A stretch of DNA of 57,401 nucleotides, from positions 1-57,401 of the IMG/VR virus record IMGVR_UViG_3300011013_003468. One strand, written 5' to 3'. A program made the position numbers and the translations under genes. The notes beneath the pieces were generated by a model that made no database searches, was not told where the DNA came from, and worked only from the letters and a program-made list of their open reading frames with translations. The DNA comes from a virus. Taxonomy: Duplodnaviria > Caudoviricetes. Positions 56,520 through 57,401 of the stretch are shown here, piece by piece. Numbering within the stretch: position 1 is the first letter of the stretch; the number at the start of each line of letters is the position of its first letter.

Positions 56520-56563
56520 TTTTATTACAAAGTAAACAAAAAAAATAATAATAATAAATATTT

Positions 56564-57211
56564 TTATACATTATTTTTTTCTTTATAATTATTATAGATT
56601 TTAATAAATTTATCAATAACTTCTTTTTCGATATCTAATGATACCTCAAGTAATTTATTTCTTCTTATTCCATTTTCTAATAATTTTAAATCAAAAAATT
56701 CATAAGAAAATTGTTTCATACATGGTATTAAAATTTCATTTTTTATAATCTTTATAAAATAAGATATATTTTTTATATTTAAATTTTTATAATTAATATA
56801 ATAATTTATATTATTTATATATTGTTTAAATATGTCATTTAATTGATTTATTGTAACATCAAAATCATATAATAATATATCATTTATTACAGATAAAAAA
56901 CAATTGAGACTAATATTTAATATATTAATTAATTCTAAATTTTCAATTATATTTATTTCTATAATTGTATCTAATTGTTTTTTTAATTTTATTTCTAAAG
57001 TTTTTAAAAAAATTGTATTTTTAATATTATCATATAAAAAATTTAATTTATGTAATATTTCTTCATGTTGTTTATCATGTTCATCTGTTAGTTTTAATTT
57101 TTTATCCATTTGCTTTTTGTCAATTATTGTTTTAAAATAAGCAGCTAAAGAAGTTAATAAGCCAGTTCCTATTAATATTTCACTAATAAATTGTTCAAGA
57201 ATTTTATTCAT
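56564..57211 (-). CDS. membrane-anchored protein (possible holin-associated)
   Basis: Single N-terminal hydrophobic helix ILIGTGLLTSLAAYF followed by a coiled coil. Confidence 0.5.
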   Translation of the reverse strand: MNKILEQFISEILIGTGLLTSLAAYFKTIIDKKQMDKKLKLTDEHDKQHEEILHKLNFLYDNIKNTIFLKTLEIKLKKQLDTIIEINIIENLELINILNISLNCFLSVINDILLYDFDVTINQLNDIFKQYINNINYYINYKNLNIKNISYFIKIIKNEILIPCMKQFSYEFFDLKLLENGIRRNKLLEVSLDIEKEVIDKFIKIYNNYKEKNNV

Positions 57212-57216
57212 AACTA

Positions 57217-57399
57217 TTACATATTTTTATAAGCATCTATACAATGATCTTTTCCAAAAATTTTATTTATAAATAATCTAATTCTATTACCAAAAGGTGT
57301 TAAAAGATTATTAGCTTCTAAATATCCCATAGCTTGTGAAATAGTATGTTTTTTATTAGCAAACAATGTATCTCTTTCTTTTGTTACAAAAAGCTCAAT
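57217..57399 (-). CDS. 3' end of a small phage protein (partial)
   Basis: Manual translation ...KHTISQAMG...LTPFG...INKIFGKDHCIDAYKNM*; resembles the TISS..G / D..HC small phage protein pattern. Confidence 0.6.
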   Translation of the reverse strand: MELFVTKERDTLFANKKHTISQAMGYLEANNLLTPFGNRIRLFINKIFGKDHCIDAYKNM

Positions 57400-57401
57400 A
57401 A

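Noticed and set aside
26268-57140. Plus-strand ORFs inside the virion module (26268, 26550, 29851, 30000, 30888, 39768, 39877, 44409, 44970, 50989, 52572, 56904)
   Set aside because: Antisense shadows of long minus-strand genes with no independent coding signal.
1-57401. Stop-codon reassignment (TAG or TGA), known in some crAss-like phages
   Set aside because: ORFs of 12 kb are uninterrupted under the standard code, and TAG (17606, 19881) and TGA (3809, 53777) end genes at sensible positions.
1-57401. tRNA genes, CRISPR arrays, integrase, transposase, reverse transcriptase/DGR
   Set aside because: None recognised. Intergenic gaps are short and AT-rich, with no cloverleaf or regularly spaced repeats. 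A tRNAscan-SE run would confirm.

Overview
Very AT-rich 57.4 kb fragment of a crAss-like (Crassvirales-type) phage genome, most likely infecting a Bacteroidota host: A-rich starts without Shine-Dalgarno sites and TAnnTTTG-type promoters. The standard genetic code reads all genes. There are three blocks. (1) 1-4050 (+): a mosaic accessory region with a KH-domain protein, small membrane proteins, and a lipoprotein carrying a toxin-like nuclease tail, plus a decayed paralog of it. (2) 4100-19880 (+): a replication module (PolB, lysozyme, SF2 helicase, DnaB, AAA ATPase, primase, dUTPase, nuclease, DnaA-domain-IV protein). Embedded in it is a phage-encoded ubiquitin-like conjugation operon (Ubl, E2-like, JAB peptidase, E1/ThiF) with intact catalytic motifs. 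(3) 19913-57401 (-): a virion module with tail ring, IHF-like and muzzle/stabilization genes, cargo proteins, a 4211-aa virion RNA polymerase (DFDFD) and a 4071-aa polyvalent protein. The polyvalent protein strings together a Dda/RecD-like helicase, a NADAR domain, a polynucleotide kinase and a CCA-adding enzyme with HD domain, the last two nested inside zincin-like peptidase domains. The two most interesting systems are the ubiquitin-like pathway and this putative injected tRNA/DNA-repair anti-defence polyprotein. All calls come from motif recognition by eye; no database searches were run, so novelty is unverified.
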